DNA of 64,000 nt from Pristiophorus japonicus. Its lineage: Eukaryota. A model generated the notes under the pieces. That model saw nothing but the letters and a program-made list of their open reading frames with translations, ran no database searches and had not been told where the DNA came from. Of this stretch, positions 13,158 to 26,379 are shown piece by piece. Every line of letters begins with the position of its first letter. Within the stretch, counting starts at the first letter, position 1. Location: contig NC_091993.1 in assembly GCF_044704955.1 (NCBI RefSeq), positions 73,346,001 through 73,410,000 on the forward strand, read 5' to 3'. Both the position numbers and the translations under genes were made by a program.

Positions 13158-13465
13158 TGCGGGTATGGGTATGATACGGATATGTTACTGGTACGATACT
13201 GGTATGGCATAGGTACGGGTACAAGTACAGTAATGGTATGGTACGGGTACAGGTACGGTAATGGGTATGGGACAGATACGGGTATGGTACGGGCACGGTA
13301 TGGGTACAGGTGCAAGTACAGTAATGGTATGGTACAGGTACAGTAATGGGTATGGGTACGGGTATAAGTACAGTAATGGTATGGTACGGGTACAGGTATG
13401 GTAATGGGTATGGGACAGATACGGGTATCATACTGGCATGGTATGGGTACAGGTACGGGTATGGA
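13158..13465. repeat. Degenerate hexamer-based tandem repeat (GGTACG/GGTATG/GGTACA)
   Basis: Directly visible. It explains the YP/VP-rich spurious ORFs at 13042..13486. Confidence 0.9.
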
Positions 13466-14040
13466 TGATTGGCCAATGCACTCCACCGGTCAGTCCTTCA
13501 AAAGTCAAAATCTACCCAAATTTGTTTACAGGAAACTGCCTTTAAGACTGACCACAGGTCAAAGGTGTTGGGAAAAATCCTGAACCATAAGAGGCAGTTT
13601 GACCCATTTAATCTCATCGTCTCTGAATACCAACCTTGCCATCTTAAATTACAGCATCAAACTATTTTTTAAGTGAGTCCAGTGTCCTAGCCTCAAGCAT
13701 CTCTCCTGCCAACCCATTGTAACTGTTGATTGCCTGGTCTGTAAAGACATATTTCTTGGTGATCAAGTGTTTGTGTTCGTTGAATCTCTGTTCACGATCC
13801 TCAATGATCTATGTCCGACTTCTCTTAAACACGCTGCAGGTCGTTCAGTATCTGAAAAGAGCAGACGGAACACTGGTGGGTGTCGGAATTTAAGGTTCCC
13901 AAGGGTCTGGTTAGGAGGCTGTTGTTGGGTTGGCAGTTTGGTGAGCTGAAGTTTCTAGTTCAATAGAAGCAGCTGATGTCTCTGTGGATAAAGTAAGATT
14001 GTACCCTGACACTAACCTTGTTAGCCCATTACTACTACCC

Positions 14041-14479
14041 AGTCATAGGCAGTCCCTCGGAGTCGAGGATGTCTTGTTTCCACACTAGAAATGAGTTCTC
14101 AGGTGACTGAAGAGTCCAATGCGGGACCTACAGTCTCTGTTACAAGTGGGACAAATGGTGGTTGAAGGAACAGGTGGGTGGGGAGTCTGGGTTGCCATGC
14201 GCTCCTTCCACTGTCGACGCTTGGCTTCAGCTTGCTCTCGGCGAAGAGACTTGAGGTGTTCAGCGCCTTCCCGGATGCTTTTCCTCCACTTTGGGCGGTG
14301 TCGGGCCAGGGATTCCCAGGTGTCGATGGGGATGTTAAATTTTTTCAAGGAGGCTTTGAGGGTGTCCGTGAAGCATTTCCTCTGCCCACCTGGGGCTCGC
14401 TTGCCGTGTCGGAGCTCCGAGTAGAGCGCTTGTTTTGGGAGTCCCGTGTCAGGCATGTGGGTGATGTGGCCCATCCAGC
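14041..14479 (-). mobile_element. RTE-clade (BovB-like) LINE 3' fragment
   Basis: WMGHITHMPDTGLPKQALYSEL..GKRAPGGQRK..DTLK, C-terminal C2H2 CPTCNRDCRSRIGLFSHLRTH, and a short 3'UTR ending GAGGGACTGCCTATGA. Confidence 0.9.
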
Positions 14480-14700
14480 AGTCCCTCGTAACGACGGTGA
14501 TGCTCTTCACACTAAAAAAAGATATGAAAAGATGGGCTCACAGGTGTTTCAATGAGTTACATCTTAAAGGGTGGAAGATGCCTCTGCATGGATTTTTTTG
14601 CACATCAGCCACCACATGGGCTTGACAGAGTCTTGGTCCAGTGGCGAGGATTGACTAAGATGACTGGAGACCAAGCTCTGTTGTGCCTCCCTGGGCCCCG
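14480..14700 (-). mobile_element. RTE-dependent SINE-like copy fused to the RTE fragment
   Basis: CACAGGTGTTTCAATG...AAGGGTGGAAGATGCCT...GACTGGAGACC matches the 9051 copy. Confidence 0.7.
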
Positions 14701-14960
14701 ACCCCGCTGCTATCAAATGCTGCGATGCTCCTGGGCCATGACGCCCCTGACCTGCAAGAGAACAGCATCGGCAGGCAGGGGTATAAGTAAAAGAGCAGCC
14801 CCAGGACCCAGTGCAGCGCCCCCCCCCCCCCCCCCCCCCCGACCTGCAAGAGAACAACATCGGCAGGCGGGGGTATAAGTAAGAGAGCTAGCCACCTCGG
14901 AGTGCGAACACCTCTACAGGACAACTGGACTGATGTCACTGGAGTCCATGCCCATTAGAG

Positions 14961-15226
14961 CGGTGTCCGAGCCCAGCGAGGGGGCTGAGACTCGGGCCCA
15001 GCTTGTGGGGGGGGGGTGAGAGTCGGGCCCAGCGGGGGGGCTGAGAGTCGGAACCCGTGGTGGGGCTGAGAGTCGGGCCCAGCGGCGGGCTGAGAGTGGG
15101 GCCCAGCGGGGAGCTGAGAGTCGGGCCCAGCGGGAGCAGATGCCGAGACCAACGGGGGGCTGAGAGTCGAGCCCAGCGAGGGTCCATGTCCGAGCCCAGC
15201 GAGGGGCCACGTCCGAGCCCAGTGAG
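14961..15226. repeat. GC-rich ~23-24 bp tandem repeat (GGGCCCAGCGGGGGGCTGAGAGTC)
   Basis: Directly visible, about 8-10 degenerate units. It is preceded by a ~48-bp direct repeat at ~14749 and ~14841. Confidence 0.75.
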
Positions 15227-15981
15227 AGACGGTGCATCAATTAACAGCAGCGGGGCCATGGCTCATGAGCGGCGCAGCATATAACAATGGAGGGGTCATG
15301 ATCCAGGAGCGGCGCAGCTAACCCATTACGCCCTCAAGGGAAGGATTAGTAGCTCCCCTCCTCCCCAATATCATGCCATTTTAAGGGACCGTAAACCTCT
15401 TTGGAGATACACAGATGTTTGATGCACTGTATTAGTGAGTCCCTTCAGGCTTCAGCGAACAGAAAGTACAACCAAAAAGATGAAGGAAGTGACATCTCAA
15501 GGAACTTAATGACCAAGTTAAGACAAACATTCCAGCATGTAACGGAAGAGAGAAGCTTTCATTAACGGCGACATTTTCTTTCTTGTCCCTCTCATTATCC
15601 CGAAGCGTGATTGCGCTTTGCTTCCCTTGCAGTTGATTCAATGACAGGTAAATTAGCACACACGCTTCTGATGGTACATCTTGCCAGTTATAAAAGCTAG
15701 GATGAAAGCCATGTCTCTGATGGCTGTTAACCTTTTCAATGAAGCGTAGCTCCTTGTGCGAACTCCCACGCAGTTCTGGTGAGTGCTTTCCGTAAGTGCC
15801 ATCTATTATAAGACATCTCATTATTGCCACTGGTGTATGCATGTACACATGACAAGCTAACTTGTCCTTGACAGTGAAGGATTGTATTCAAAGTGAGTCG
15901 GGCAGCCTTAAAACTAGGAGCTAGTGAGTAAAGGTCCACAACATAAATCTGCCAAAAATGTTATAATAACTGGACAGTGTT

Positions 15982-16300
15982 TCCAGATGACGATTGCTTG
16001 TTTTTTAAAATTAATTCTCGGGATGTGGGTGTTCTTGGCAAGGCCAACATTTATTGACCTTCCCCAGCTGACCTCGAGAAGGTGGCGAAGAGACTTCTTC
16101 TTGAACTGCTGCAGTTCAAATGGTGAAGGTGCTCTCAAAATTCTGTTAGGGAGGGGATTCCAGAATTTTGACCCAGCGATGATGATAAAGGAACGACGAT
16201 ATATGTCCAAGTCGGGATGGTGTGTGACTTGGAAATGGTGGTGTTCCCATGCACCCGCTGTCCTTGTCCATAGAGGTAGAGGAGGCCACAAGTTTGAGAG
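15982..16300 (-). mobile_element. 3' end of Jockey/CR1-group LINE
   Basis: Reverse-complement match to 18220-18520 (RT.AAGAWEHHH, GGGATGTGGG tail). Confidence 0.75.
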
Positions 16301-16385
16301 GAGCTCCTTGCTCTATTTTCCCTCCATTTTCTACTTCCTCTTTCCATTTTTATTCTCTTCACTTTTCTCTTACTCTCACTCCCAG

Positions 16386-16443
16386 CAACCCTGCTGACCC
16401 AAACATAACAAGATACCTGTCAATCCGTTTCAAAGCTGCAGAG
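16386..16443 (+). other. Candidate internal host-gene exon (NPADPNITRYLSIRFKAAE), gene unidentified
   Basis: ~75-nt polypyrimidine tract ending CCCAG, 58 nt with a single open frame, donor GAG|GTAATG. Confidence 0.35.
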
Positions 16444-16956
16444 GTAATGCATATTATGGTGCAGTGATAATGTAGATGTTCTTCAGCTGCAGAAACCGGA
16501 TAGAAACAGATGTGTGGGGATTCCTTGCAGTTCCCAATTTAGGTTGGGATTGCTATGGAATCTAGGAACATTGTAGAGATCGATGCTTGGAGTTGGTCAA
16601 CATTTTTCCTCACAAAGATTGATGTTGAAAATGAGTCTTACTACAGGTTGCTTCTTCTAAAAAGATATAAATGAGGTTATATAATGGCCCCGATATTAAC
16701 GGGGAGGGGGGAGGGGAGCCAGTAACGGGCGCAGAACCTGGCACAGTTGGAGACGTGGAGACTCTGCCGATATTAACAGCAGGGCCTTATTGAAATAAAT
16801 CACTGCAGACTCCCGCTCGACAACCGGCCGGCTTGACCGCCTGGCCAGCGGGCAGGATCAGGAATTAGCGGCAGGAGGCCGCAGCCTAGGACCTACTAAC
16901 ACCTAAAACTGGAGTAAAGGAGCAGAGGGACCTTGGTGTTTTCCACATGTTCGGGT

Positions 16957-18520
16957 AGATGCCAGCAAAGGCTATGGACCCTGACAATAGTCTGCCTGTT
17001 GTGCTGAAGACTTGTGCTCCAGAACTAGCCGTGCATCTAGCCAAGCTGTTCCAGTACAGCTACAACACTGGCATCTACCCGAAAATGTGGAAAACTACCC
17101 AGGTATGTCCTGTCCACAAAGAGCAGGACAAATCTAATCCGACAAGTTACTGCCCCATCAGTCTACTCTCAATCATCAGCAAAGTGATGGAAGGTATCGT
17201 CGACAGTGCTATCAAGTGGCACTTACCAATAACCTGCTCACCGATGCTCAGTTTGGGTTCTGCCAGGACTATTCAGCTCCAGACCTCACTGCAGCCTTAA
17301 TCCAACTATGGACAAAAGAGCTGAATTCCAGAGGTGAGGTGAGAATGACTGTCCTTGACATCAAGGCTGCATTTGACTGAGTGTGACTTCAAGGAGCCCA
17401 AGTAAACTGAAAACAATGTGAATCAGGGGGAAAACTGTCCACTGGCTGGAGTCATACCGAGCACAAAGGAAGATGGTTGTGGTTGTTGGAGGTCAATCAT
17501 CCCAGCCCCAGGACATCGCTGCAGGAGTTCCTCAGGGCAGTGTCCCGGGCCCAACCATCCTCAGCCGCTTCATCAATGACCTTCCCTCCATCATAAGGTA
17601 TGAAGTAGGGATGTTCGCTGATGATTGCACAGTGTTCAGTTCCATTCACAGTTCCTCAGATAATGAAGCAGTCCATGCCCACATGCAGCAAGACCTGGAT
17701 GACATTCAGGCTTGGGCTGGTAAGTGGCAAGTAACATTCATGCCACCCAAGTGCCAGGCAATGACCATCTCCAACAAGCGAGCGTCTAACCATCGCCTAT
17801 TGATATTCAACGGCATTGCCATCGCCGTATCCCCCACCATCAACATCCTGGGGGTTACCATTGACCAGAAACTTAACTGGACCAGCCACATAAATACTGT
17901 GGCAAAAAGAGCGGGTCAGAGGCTGGGTATTCTATGGCGAGTGTCTCACCTCCTGACTCTCCAAAGACTTTCCACCATCTACAAGACACAAGTCAGCAGT
18001 GTGATGGAATACTCTCCACTTGCCTGGATGAGTGCAGCTCCAACAACACTCAAGAAGCTCGACACCATCCAGGACAAAACAGCTCGCTTGATCGTCACCC
18101 CATCCACCACCTTAAACATTCACTCCCTCCACCACTGGCGCACCGTGGCTGCAGTGTGTACCATCTACAAGATGCACTGCAACAACTCGCCAAGGCTTCT
18201 TCAGCAGCACCTCCCAAACCCGCGACCTCTACCACCTAGAAGGACATGGGCAGCAGGCGCATGGGAACACCACCACCTGCACGTTCCCCTCCAAGTTACA
18301 CAGCATCCTGACTTGGAAATATATCGCCATTCCTTCATCGTCGCTGGGTCAAAATCTGGAACTCTCTCCCTAACAGCACTGTGGGAGTACCTTCACCACA
18401 CGGACTGCAGCAGTTCAGAAGGTGGCTCACCACCACCTTCTCACGGGCAATTAGGGATGGGCAATAAATGCCGGCCTCGCCAGTGACGCCCACATCCCAG
18501 GAACGAATTTAAAAAAAATA
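16957..18520 (+). mobile_element. Jockey/CR1-group LINE 3' half (RT pseudogene)
   Basis: YCPISLLSIISKVMEG, LDIKAAFD, GVPQGSV.GP, MFADDC, LGVTIDQKLNWTSHI; 3'UTR with A-rich end. Confidence 0.9.
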
Positions 18521-18872
18521 AAGGCCAGCATTCCTTTAGCTTTTTTGATTATTTTCAGTATCATTCCAGGACATTTTAATAGTACTGGTTTTAACGAAGG
18601 AACTCTATTCTAACTCCTTTAACCCTCCTTTTTATAATCTTCACTTACCTGTTCTCTTTTGCCTCTGATTGGGAAGAAGCTCAACTGCAGGGACAAGTTT
18701 ATTTCTGATTGCCCCGTAATGAGCTCCAGGATTGTTGCCATTCATCAGCAGCACCTTGGATTCCTGAGGGCCTGACTAGCTCCGCACACAAAATACTGAG
18801 CCTGCTATGGAGGAACAGCTCAGCTCGAATTTCCTATCCAGAGTCATTTTATCTTCAAGCTAATTCAACTCC

Positions 18873-18875
<3 letters not shown>

Positions 18876-18906
<31 letters not shown>

Positions 18907-19341
18907 AGGCAGTCCCTCGAAACGAGAATGACTTGATTCCAAACCAAAAAAAAGAGTTCACAGGTGTTTCAATGAGTGACCTGATATTCCAGGTCCTGAA
19001 CTACATCCTGAAGGGTGGAAGATGCCCGTGCGTGGACTTTTTTAACATGGGGTGGCCGTTGCACACCAGCCACCACACAGGCTTGACAGAGCTAGGTCTT
19101 GGTCCAGTGGCAAAGATTAACCAAGACGACTGGAGACCTGCTCTGTTGCACGGACCTAGTGCGCGCACAAATCACAGTGTGGGCTGGCCCGTGCTGCCCC
19201 TGGGCCCTTGCCTCTTCTGGGCCCCGAACTCATGCCTCTCCTGGGCCCCAATCACCTCCCTCTACATTCTCTCACCGCTCCTTTGCCCTAACCTTGCCGC
19301 TCCTGCTGTATTTGCCCACGCTCCAATGACGTCCCTCTTCA
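18876..19341 (-). mobile_element. RTE-dependent SINE-like copy with long (ATG)n tail
   Basis: About 10 CAT repeats, shared tail, TSD AACTCCAAA (18867-18875 / 19342-19350). Confidence 0.85.
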
Positions 19342-19994
19342 AACTCCAAAGAAACCTTGCTGACCAGCTGATAAGTAGACAATTAATAAACCCAAATGTG
19401 ATACTTTTCAATGACACAGTAAACATTACAACTTGCCACACAACATGAGAATGTAATTCCAAGTTCGCCACACTGAACTCCATCTCATTAACCTTTTAGC
19501 TGCAGTATATTATTATTGTTTGTTTCAATGCCACACTACATGAGTTGGAAACTCACAAAACTATTCAAGCCAAGAAGACAGCTATTTTTCTGGACCCACC
19601 AGTGGGCTGAGCATAAAGCCCAAATGAATGTCTCATCACAGGTACTGGAAGGAGCCTGCAGTCTGCAGATTTTTCCCCCACTATAGTTCGTGTTGTACTC
19701 GGTGTGCTGTACTCAGAAGCAATGTTCCCTATAATTATTGTTTTGGGTGCATGGCCCATTCAAACTTCTGCACATGCAAGGTTTTGTCATTGAGAAACCA
19801 ACAATAGCCCACATGGGAGCTTCCGACAGTTGTGCAGACCTTTGCTCTGTGTGTGCAGCAAGATTGCAATGAAAGGACTGACCAGTCAAAGTGCTTTGTG
19901 TTGGATAAACGTTAGCCAGGGCACCAGGAGAACGCCGTACATTTCAAATAGCGCCATACGAACTTTAGCATCATTGAAAAATCTGCTAATAAAA

Positions 19995-20235
19995 AGCTCG
20001 TATTTGTAAAAGTGACCATGAAGCTGTTGGATTGCGGTTAAAAACCCAACTAGTTCGCCAATGTACTTTAAGGAAGAGAACCTGTCGTCTTTACCAGGCG
20101 TGTCCATGTAGGTGACTCTTAACTGCCCTCTGAAGTGGCCTCTCAAGCCAATCAGTTGGATGAAACCATTCGCTTCAATAAGGCGGCCCAACACCACCAT
20201 TTTCTCAGGGCAACTAGGGAGGGGCAATAAAAATA
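19995..20235 (+). mobile_element. Degenerate SINE carrying the Jockey/CR1-group LINE tail
   Basis: CACCACCATTTTCTCAGGGCAACTAGGGAGGGGCAATAAA matches LINE 3'UTR 18428-18470. Confidence 0.5.
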
Positions 20236-21158
20236 AAGCAGGTAAACGGGTCTCAATTTAATGTCTCATATGAAGCACGGCAAGTCCAACAATGTGTGTT
20301 CACTCAGTACTGCCTTGGAATATCAGCCCAGATTATGTGTTAATGCTGAACCTTTCAGATTACCTTCCATTAAAAATGGTGAGCATTTAAAACTTTCAAC
20401 ATCACGAAGGAAATTGGCAAAATAGATCCAGGCAAATTGTTCATCATGTTTAAAATACCGGGGGTTACACGGTAAAAATTAAATTAGGATTAAGCAAGGA
20501 TATTTGGAAAAATGTATCACTCATGGGAGTTGCAGAACAGGTTACTGAGGAAGGACACAGAGTATAAATTGGCAATCGAGGGATAATTTGATTTTGTAGA
20601 TTGAGTGATATGAGGAGCAGGCGGAGGGGATCTTTGGAGAAAGGATGGGCTATTTAAATCTGAGGATTTATTTCTCAACCTAAAAATTTCTACTGAAATT
20701 ATTGCAGTCTTGGGCAGGATTGAATTGAAGCAGGCTATAACACAGTTAGTGATACAGACGAGGGCATCTTGTATATATTTTAGCATTTCTCGCCTTGAAT
20801 TAACAAAAAAGAGAAATAAAAGGGGAAAAAAAAAACTTAGTACAAAGTCAGACTGCTGCTGAGAAAAACATTTCAGGAGAGTTGAAGGAAAAAGTGTCGA
20901 AATGTACTTTGTGCTTCATTTAAAACAAATGCTCATCTATTTTAGGCTGACGTTGCCTTTGAAAGATTTTCTAGAATATAAAGTTACTAATGGTGTCACA
21001 TTAATGTACCTGTAATGAATGTTGCACTGCATTTCATGCTGGAGTAGGTGACAGGAACCTATTAAAGCATGAGGTGCAGCCGAGTGCTTTAAATTGCTTA
21101 AGGTCTACTTTCCTACCTTTATACACACATTGTTTATGGTCATTAGGTACGTGTCTCA

Positions 21159-21983
21159 GGGGGCGAAATTGCCCTGCGCCCTGATTGGGGGCGGTAACCT
21201 GCTGGGGCGGGACTCCCTGCGCCCGGCACCAAGTCCCGCCCCGGCTGCTGAATTGGGCTTACCACCCCTCCAAGGAAGTGGAGTGCAATCTCGAGCGCTC
21301 CACTTCCTGTAGGGGCGGGACCAGCGGCTCCAATGGGACGTGATCAGAAGCGCTACACGGATGCTCCACGTAGCGCTGATGCGCTTCAACGCCCATCCCC
21401 CTCACTTAAAGGGGAGGGACGCTGCGCGCTCTGCAAGGCCTCTGAAGGCCTCCGCTGGACCACCAGAGCAGCGTGGGACCGGGCCTGCAGCCCGGCACTC
21501 AAATCGGATTGCCGGGCTGCACGGTGGTGGCCTGGACCACGATAAAAAACAGGTAAAAAACAGGAGAGTCAGCAACAAATCCAAGATGGCAGCGCAGGGC
21601 GACCTCCCCTTTAACTTCTGACCCACGAGCGGATGTCGGCCAGTTTCCTGATGACGAGGCTGGTGCTGACACACTTGCGCCATTCTTGTGGGGCGTGGGG
21701 AAATATGCCCCACAGGGTGGAAAGGGGTCGGCACACGATGCTGAGGGGTTGGCGCGCACGGTGATGATGTCATTGGCGGTTGCGCGGCAGCCGGGCACGT
21801 TACGCGCAGCCTGTGGTACTGCTGTGCTGTGACAGCGCCTCCGCAAACTCCCGGGCAATTTCCTGGGAGCCAGTTGGCCCCCCCCCCCAACACCCCGCCC
21901 TCAAGGGCAAAAAGTGTTTTGTGCCCCATTAATGCCCCCTGGAGGTGCTAACGAGCCTCGCACAGAGGGACAATTTCACCCCC
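21159..21983. mobile_element. Harbinger-type MITE
   Basis: TIRs GGGGGCGAAATTGCCCT / AGGGACAATTTCACCCCC with perfect 3-bp TSD TCA. Confidence 0.9.
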
Positions 21984-22412
21984 TCAGTCTTTGATTTTAA
22001 ATTTAATATATAGTTTGAGAATTCTGCACTAGTCTTGATCTTCTAAATTCATTTGCATAATGTGAGATTTTAGTAATTCTCTCTTTCTATAAATCTATCT
22101 CCCAGTGTGAATTGTAGTCTTCCAAATGATCAGATTACACCTTAAGATTTCTCGATGAGATATCTGCACACTTAGCAAGTGCCTGCCTTTCTTTCTGTAT
22201 TTCCTTCACGTAACATATTCTATGTAAAACCATCAAAATTACATGGAGCGTCAATTACTATTTTATCAGATAATTTTCAGAGGAAATCAAGTTGCGATAC
22301 AGAAGGTATTGGTTATTCAGCAAATATAGCAAAGCACTAAATTCTGCAAGGACATTGTCCAAGTTTGGAAGGAGGCTGTGAATAAAAGTTCTGAATTTCA
22401 ACTATGTTGGGA

Positions 22413-22807
22413 CTTCATAGAAACGTTTAAAATTCTGACAGGGTTTAGACAGGTTAGATGCAGGAAGAATGTTCCCAATGTTGGGGAAGTCCAGAACCAG
22501 GGGTCACAGTCTAAGGATAAGGGGTAAGCCATTTAGGGCCGAGATGAGGAGAAACTTCTTCACCCAGAGAGTGGTGAACCTGTGGAATTCTCTACCACAG
22601 AAAGTAGTTGAGGCCAATTCACTAAATATATTCAAAAGGGAGTTAGATGAAGTCCTTACTACTCGGGGGATCAAGGGGTATGGCGAGAAAGCAGGAAGGG
22701 GGTACTGAAGTGCATGTTCAGCCATGAACTCATTGAATGGCGGTGCAGGCTAGAAGGGCTGAATGGCCTACTCCTGCACCTATTTTCTATGTTTCTATGT
22801 TTCTATG
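22413..22807 (+). mobile_element. CR1 LINE 3' fragment
   Basis: MFPMLGKSRTRGHSLRIRG...FFTQRVVNLWNSLP and (TTTCTATG)n tail. Confidence 0.9.
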
Positions 22808-23599
22808 TTAATTTTCCAAGAACCAATCAAAAATATTTCAATATTTAATCAGATCATTTACCAACATGTCCCAATTGAATTGAATTTCGCACAGCAAAAC
22901 AGAATGCAATTTCCAGGAAAGTGTACACTGTTTGGTAGAATAATGGTCTAATTGTAAGCTATGACATAGCAAGGGATCTCAAGGGTCTGGTCAACAGGGC
23001 TGCTTTTAACCATCATTCAGAACTGATGCAGGGAGGAACTACAAAGGTTTTACTTCGCTCCGTGCTCCATTGTTACCACACCAGTCATAAGTGAGAATTA
23101 AATTCCTGCCTCTACTATATTAACAGTTGTTGATCTAGTTAAAGTAAAGCAGACAAGCACTTACCATGAATATATTAACCAGTGCACAGAGGAAATTCCA
23201 GCCTGAGGTTGAATAATGAGCTAAATGTCACCGTGACCAGTTAATATTAACGATTAGCTTAGGCTTTTTGTGCAAATATCATGTGTGGTAGTTAATAATT
23301 GGATGATCAGTCAGCCTGCAATGCTATAGCCCAGCAGATCGCCAATGGATGATTGAAGAGAAATCAGATGTTCTAAGGTGGAACAACTGGAGTCTGTGGA
23401 GGAGCCCGAAGTTCCAAGATGACTAACCATGGAGAAAGAGTGGCCAAAAGGAAGTTTGTGATGTAGGGGGTCATTTGACACTGGTACGCTGATGTGGGTG
23501 CTGAGTTTCTAGAGGGGCAGAGTTTCTGCATTTGTGATATTTTGGGGCATTGAGCCCAAGGGTGGTTAGTGACTTATTTGTGGATAGGTTTTAGTATCC

Positions 23600-24150
23600 T
23601 GGCCATATTATGCACTGTTGCAGAATCGATGTCAATGATGACAAATCTGTAGTCTGTGCAGTTAGTGGGGAGCTGGCGAGGGTTGGAAAGCAGAGCCTAT
23701 ACAGTATGGATGATCCTGCAGCCTGTGCCACTCATGGCAGTGAGTGCTGGAAGTGTGCACATGCTAAATAAAGTCAGGGGGTTTAGACTGTCTGGATGGC
23801 AGGGGAGATGCAACATCCTTTCACGCACAATGGAAATGTGCAGAGTGCCAGCGGTTCACCCACACAGTGCCACTCGGTCTACAGCTATCCAGGAGCACCT
23901 GGGTAGTGTGAGCCAAGCAGGACTGGTCAAGGTTCAGCACACTGACTTTACACGAAAGCCCATGCGCAGGGTAGTAAAGAGCATAGATCTCGCAGTGCAG
24001 TTTGAGCTCAGTGTCACTTTATCACACAAACACATTCGCTGTTGAGCAGGGAGTGGGTTGGGGGAGATGGAGCCCAATGCAGCACAATAAATGATCAATG
24101 ACTTCGTCAACAGTGAGACAGTAATATTGCTCAAGGAGATGGCATGGTGC
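23600..24150 (-). pseudogene. Possible ancient HARBI1-like transposase remnant
   Basis: Heavily degraded, colinear resemblance to KVT.AL...A.GS, FP....ID..HVAL and RKG..S..IQ motifs. Confidence 0.3.
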
Positions 24151-24217
24151 AGTGGTGTTACATAATTAGCTCTTTAGCAGGGAACACAGCAAGTTCTTTG
24201 GTGGGACAGGTTGCTTT

Positions 24218-24736
24218 CATCATCATAGGAAGTCCCTTGAAGTGAGGATGACTTGCTTCCACACCAAAAAGGGATGAGTTTCAATGAAGGACCTAATATT
24301 CCAGGTACCGAACTACATCCTCAAGGGTGGAAGATGCCTGTTCGTGGATTTTTTTAACGTGTGGTGGCTGTTGCACACCAGCCACCACACGGGCTTGACA
24401 GAGCTAGGTCTTGGTCTAGTGGCAAGGATTACCCAAGATGACTGGAGACCAGCTCTGCTGCACAGACCTAGCGCACACACTTATTGCAGTGTGGGCTGGC
24501 CCATGCTGCCCCAGGGCCCTCACCTCTTCTGAGCCCCAAACCCACACCTCTCCTGGGCCCCGGTCACTTGCTCTACAAACTCTTGCTGCTCCTTCGCCCC
24601 TCCTGCTGTGCCTGCCCGCACTGCAATCAGCGACCTGGCTTCGCAGCCGTCGCCCTCCTGCAGCAGCACGCACTGCTCCCTGCAGTGGTATGCCGCTGAA
24701 CACTGCTCCCTCCAATGGCCCCGGCCTGCTACCAGC
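24218..24736 (-). mobile_element. RTE-dependent SINE-like copy
   Basis: CATCATCATAGG tail; body matches the 9051 copy. Confidence 0.8.
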
Positions 24737-25474
24737 TAGATAGTGACTATTCAGGCAGAAACAGCATGTTGTAAAATCCTTGCAAAAAAAAAACTTCAGC
24801 CAGACTTGCCCATGTAAGGTAGTTCATCTAAAAGTCAAACACATGGAAATGCAATGCCAGCCAAGCAACATCCATAGCTCATGCTGCACAATGTAGGACA
24901 GAACAACAAGCATAAAGGGCAGGAGATATCAGTCATGGTGGAGCACATCTATCAGAAAGGACTCTACCCAACCGATGGAGCGTTTTCACTGGAAAGATTT
25001 GTCAATGTTGCTCGGGGTAGCCCAAACAAAACATCAGACTGGTTCTTGCCAACGGTTTGTAAGTGGCCCCAGTCAGAAACCTTCAACCTTGGATTTAACG
25101 TTATGTGACGGAAACCTTGCCTTGAACATAAATCTTCTGTGTTTTTAGATGACCTATGCCAGGCAAATTACTGTGAGTTTAAAATGGACTTGTAGCTGTA
25201 TTTTTAAAAGGGACCCTGGTCTTTATTGGGGAGAAAGACAATGTACAAAAAATTGTCCAGCAATGTCCTCACTGACTTCATTTATTTGTATTCATTATAT
25301 CAATTCCTTGAGAAGTAACCTCCTATCTTTGAAATGTCAGGGCGCATTATTCAATCGGACATGGCAATAACACCAGTGCTGATCGAATGTGCAAGGATCA
25401 TGGAGTTGGCCAGGCAAGTCATAAATCAATTGACTGTATGGTTCACAGAGCATCGCATTCAGTGGTCTGGATAG

Positions 25475-26214
25475 TGTAATGTCTGTAAGCTTGCAATGTT
25501 TGTAGCGCCACACTTTGGATGTGGACATATTGTGTACTGCAACTGCAGAGTTAATAATAAACAGAACCAGGCAGATTCCGGAGGCTTCGACAGAGCTGCC
25601 TGCCATGTTACGAGTTGTGTGTGCTGTGCTCTGTGAATATATCACATTTGGCGACAAGGATGGGATTATTCGGATCATTTAAAGCTGAAATTTTGTTGGT
25701 GAAAGATTCAGCCAGCCGACAGAGAGACTTTGGAAGTTTCTGTCTTTGGAAAAAGCTACAAAAATCCGAGATAAAATACAGCACACAGTGTGAACAGTTA
25801 GAGATTAAAATGGCAGGTGTAATTGGATATTTGGGGGAATATAGACATGACCAGAAACATTTTAAAGCATATGAGGATCGGCTAGAAATATATTTCACTG
25901 CAAATAACATAATTGAAGTTCCAGACAATGCAGTCCAGAACCGGGCTGTGTTGGAACGTAAGAAAGCGATCTTCTTATTGCAGGCGGGTCCGGCATTGTA
26001 CGAAAACCTTGTAAATCTGCTTGTGCCTGACAAGTCAAAGGACACAACGCTTAAAGAGATTTTAATGAAGCTGGAGCAACACTATAACCCCAAACCGTTA
26101 GAAATTGCTGAAAGCTATCGTTTCTGGATTCGGAATCAAAAGGCTGATGAAAGTATCAGTGATTACTTCGTAGCATTAAAAAAGCTATTGATGCACTGTA
26201 ATTTTGTGTACTGA
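25475..26214 (+). mobile_element. Truncated Gypsy element: 5' LTR (25475-25646), PBS, gag N-terminus
   Basis: TG...CA 172-bp LTR with AATAAA. PBS TGGCGACAAGGATGGGAT (25649-25666) is complementary to the tRNA-Ser(GCU) 3' end. Gag from ATG 25810: YEDRLEIYFTAN..KKAIFL..LEQHYNPKPLEIAESYRF..RNQKADESISDY. Confidence 0.85.
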
Positions 26215-26379
26215 GATTGTAAAACTCCTGTCAGGTGCATCGCATTAGCTCCATGATTTTAAGCAATGGCTGATATTATCAGCAATAACCAGCCATTAAG
26301 AGGAAATGGTTTGAGATTTGCAAGCACGGCACTTGAAGCAGCCTTGTTCAAAAGCTATTTGCTATTTCTGATACATTTT

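Noticed and set aside
13042-13486. YP/VP-repeat proteins
   Set aside because: Artefacts of a hexamer tandem repeat.
18709-18936. Poly-His ORF
   Set aside because: The (CAT)n run is the retroelement tail.
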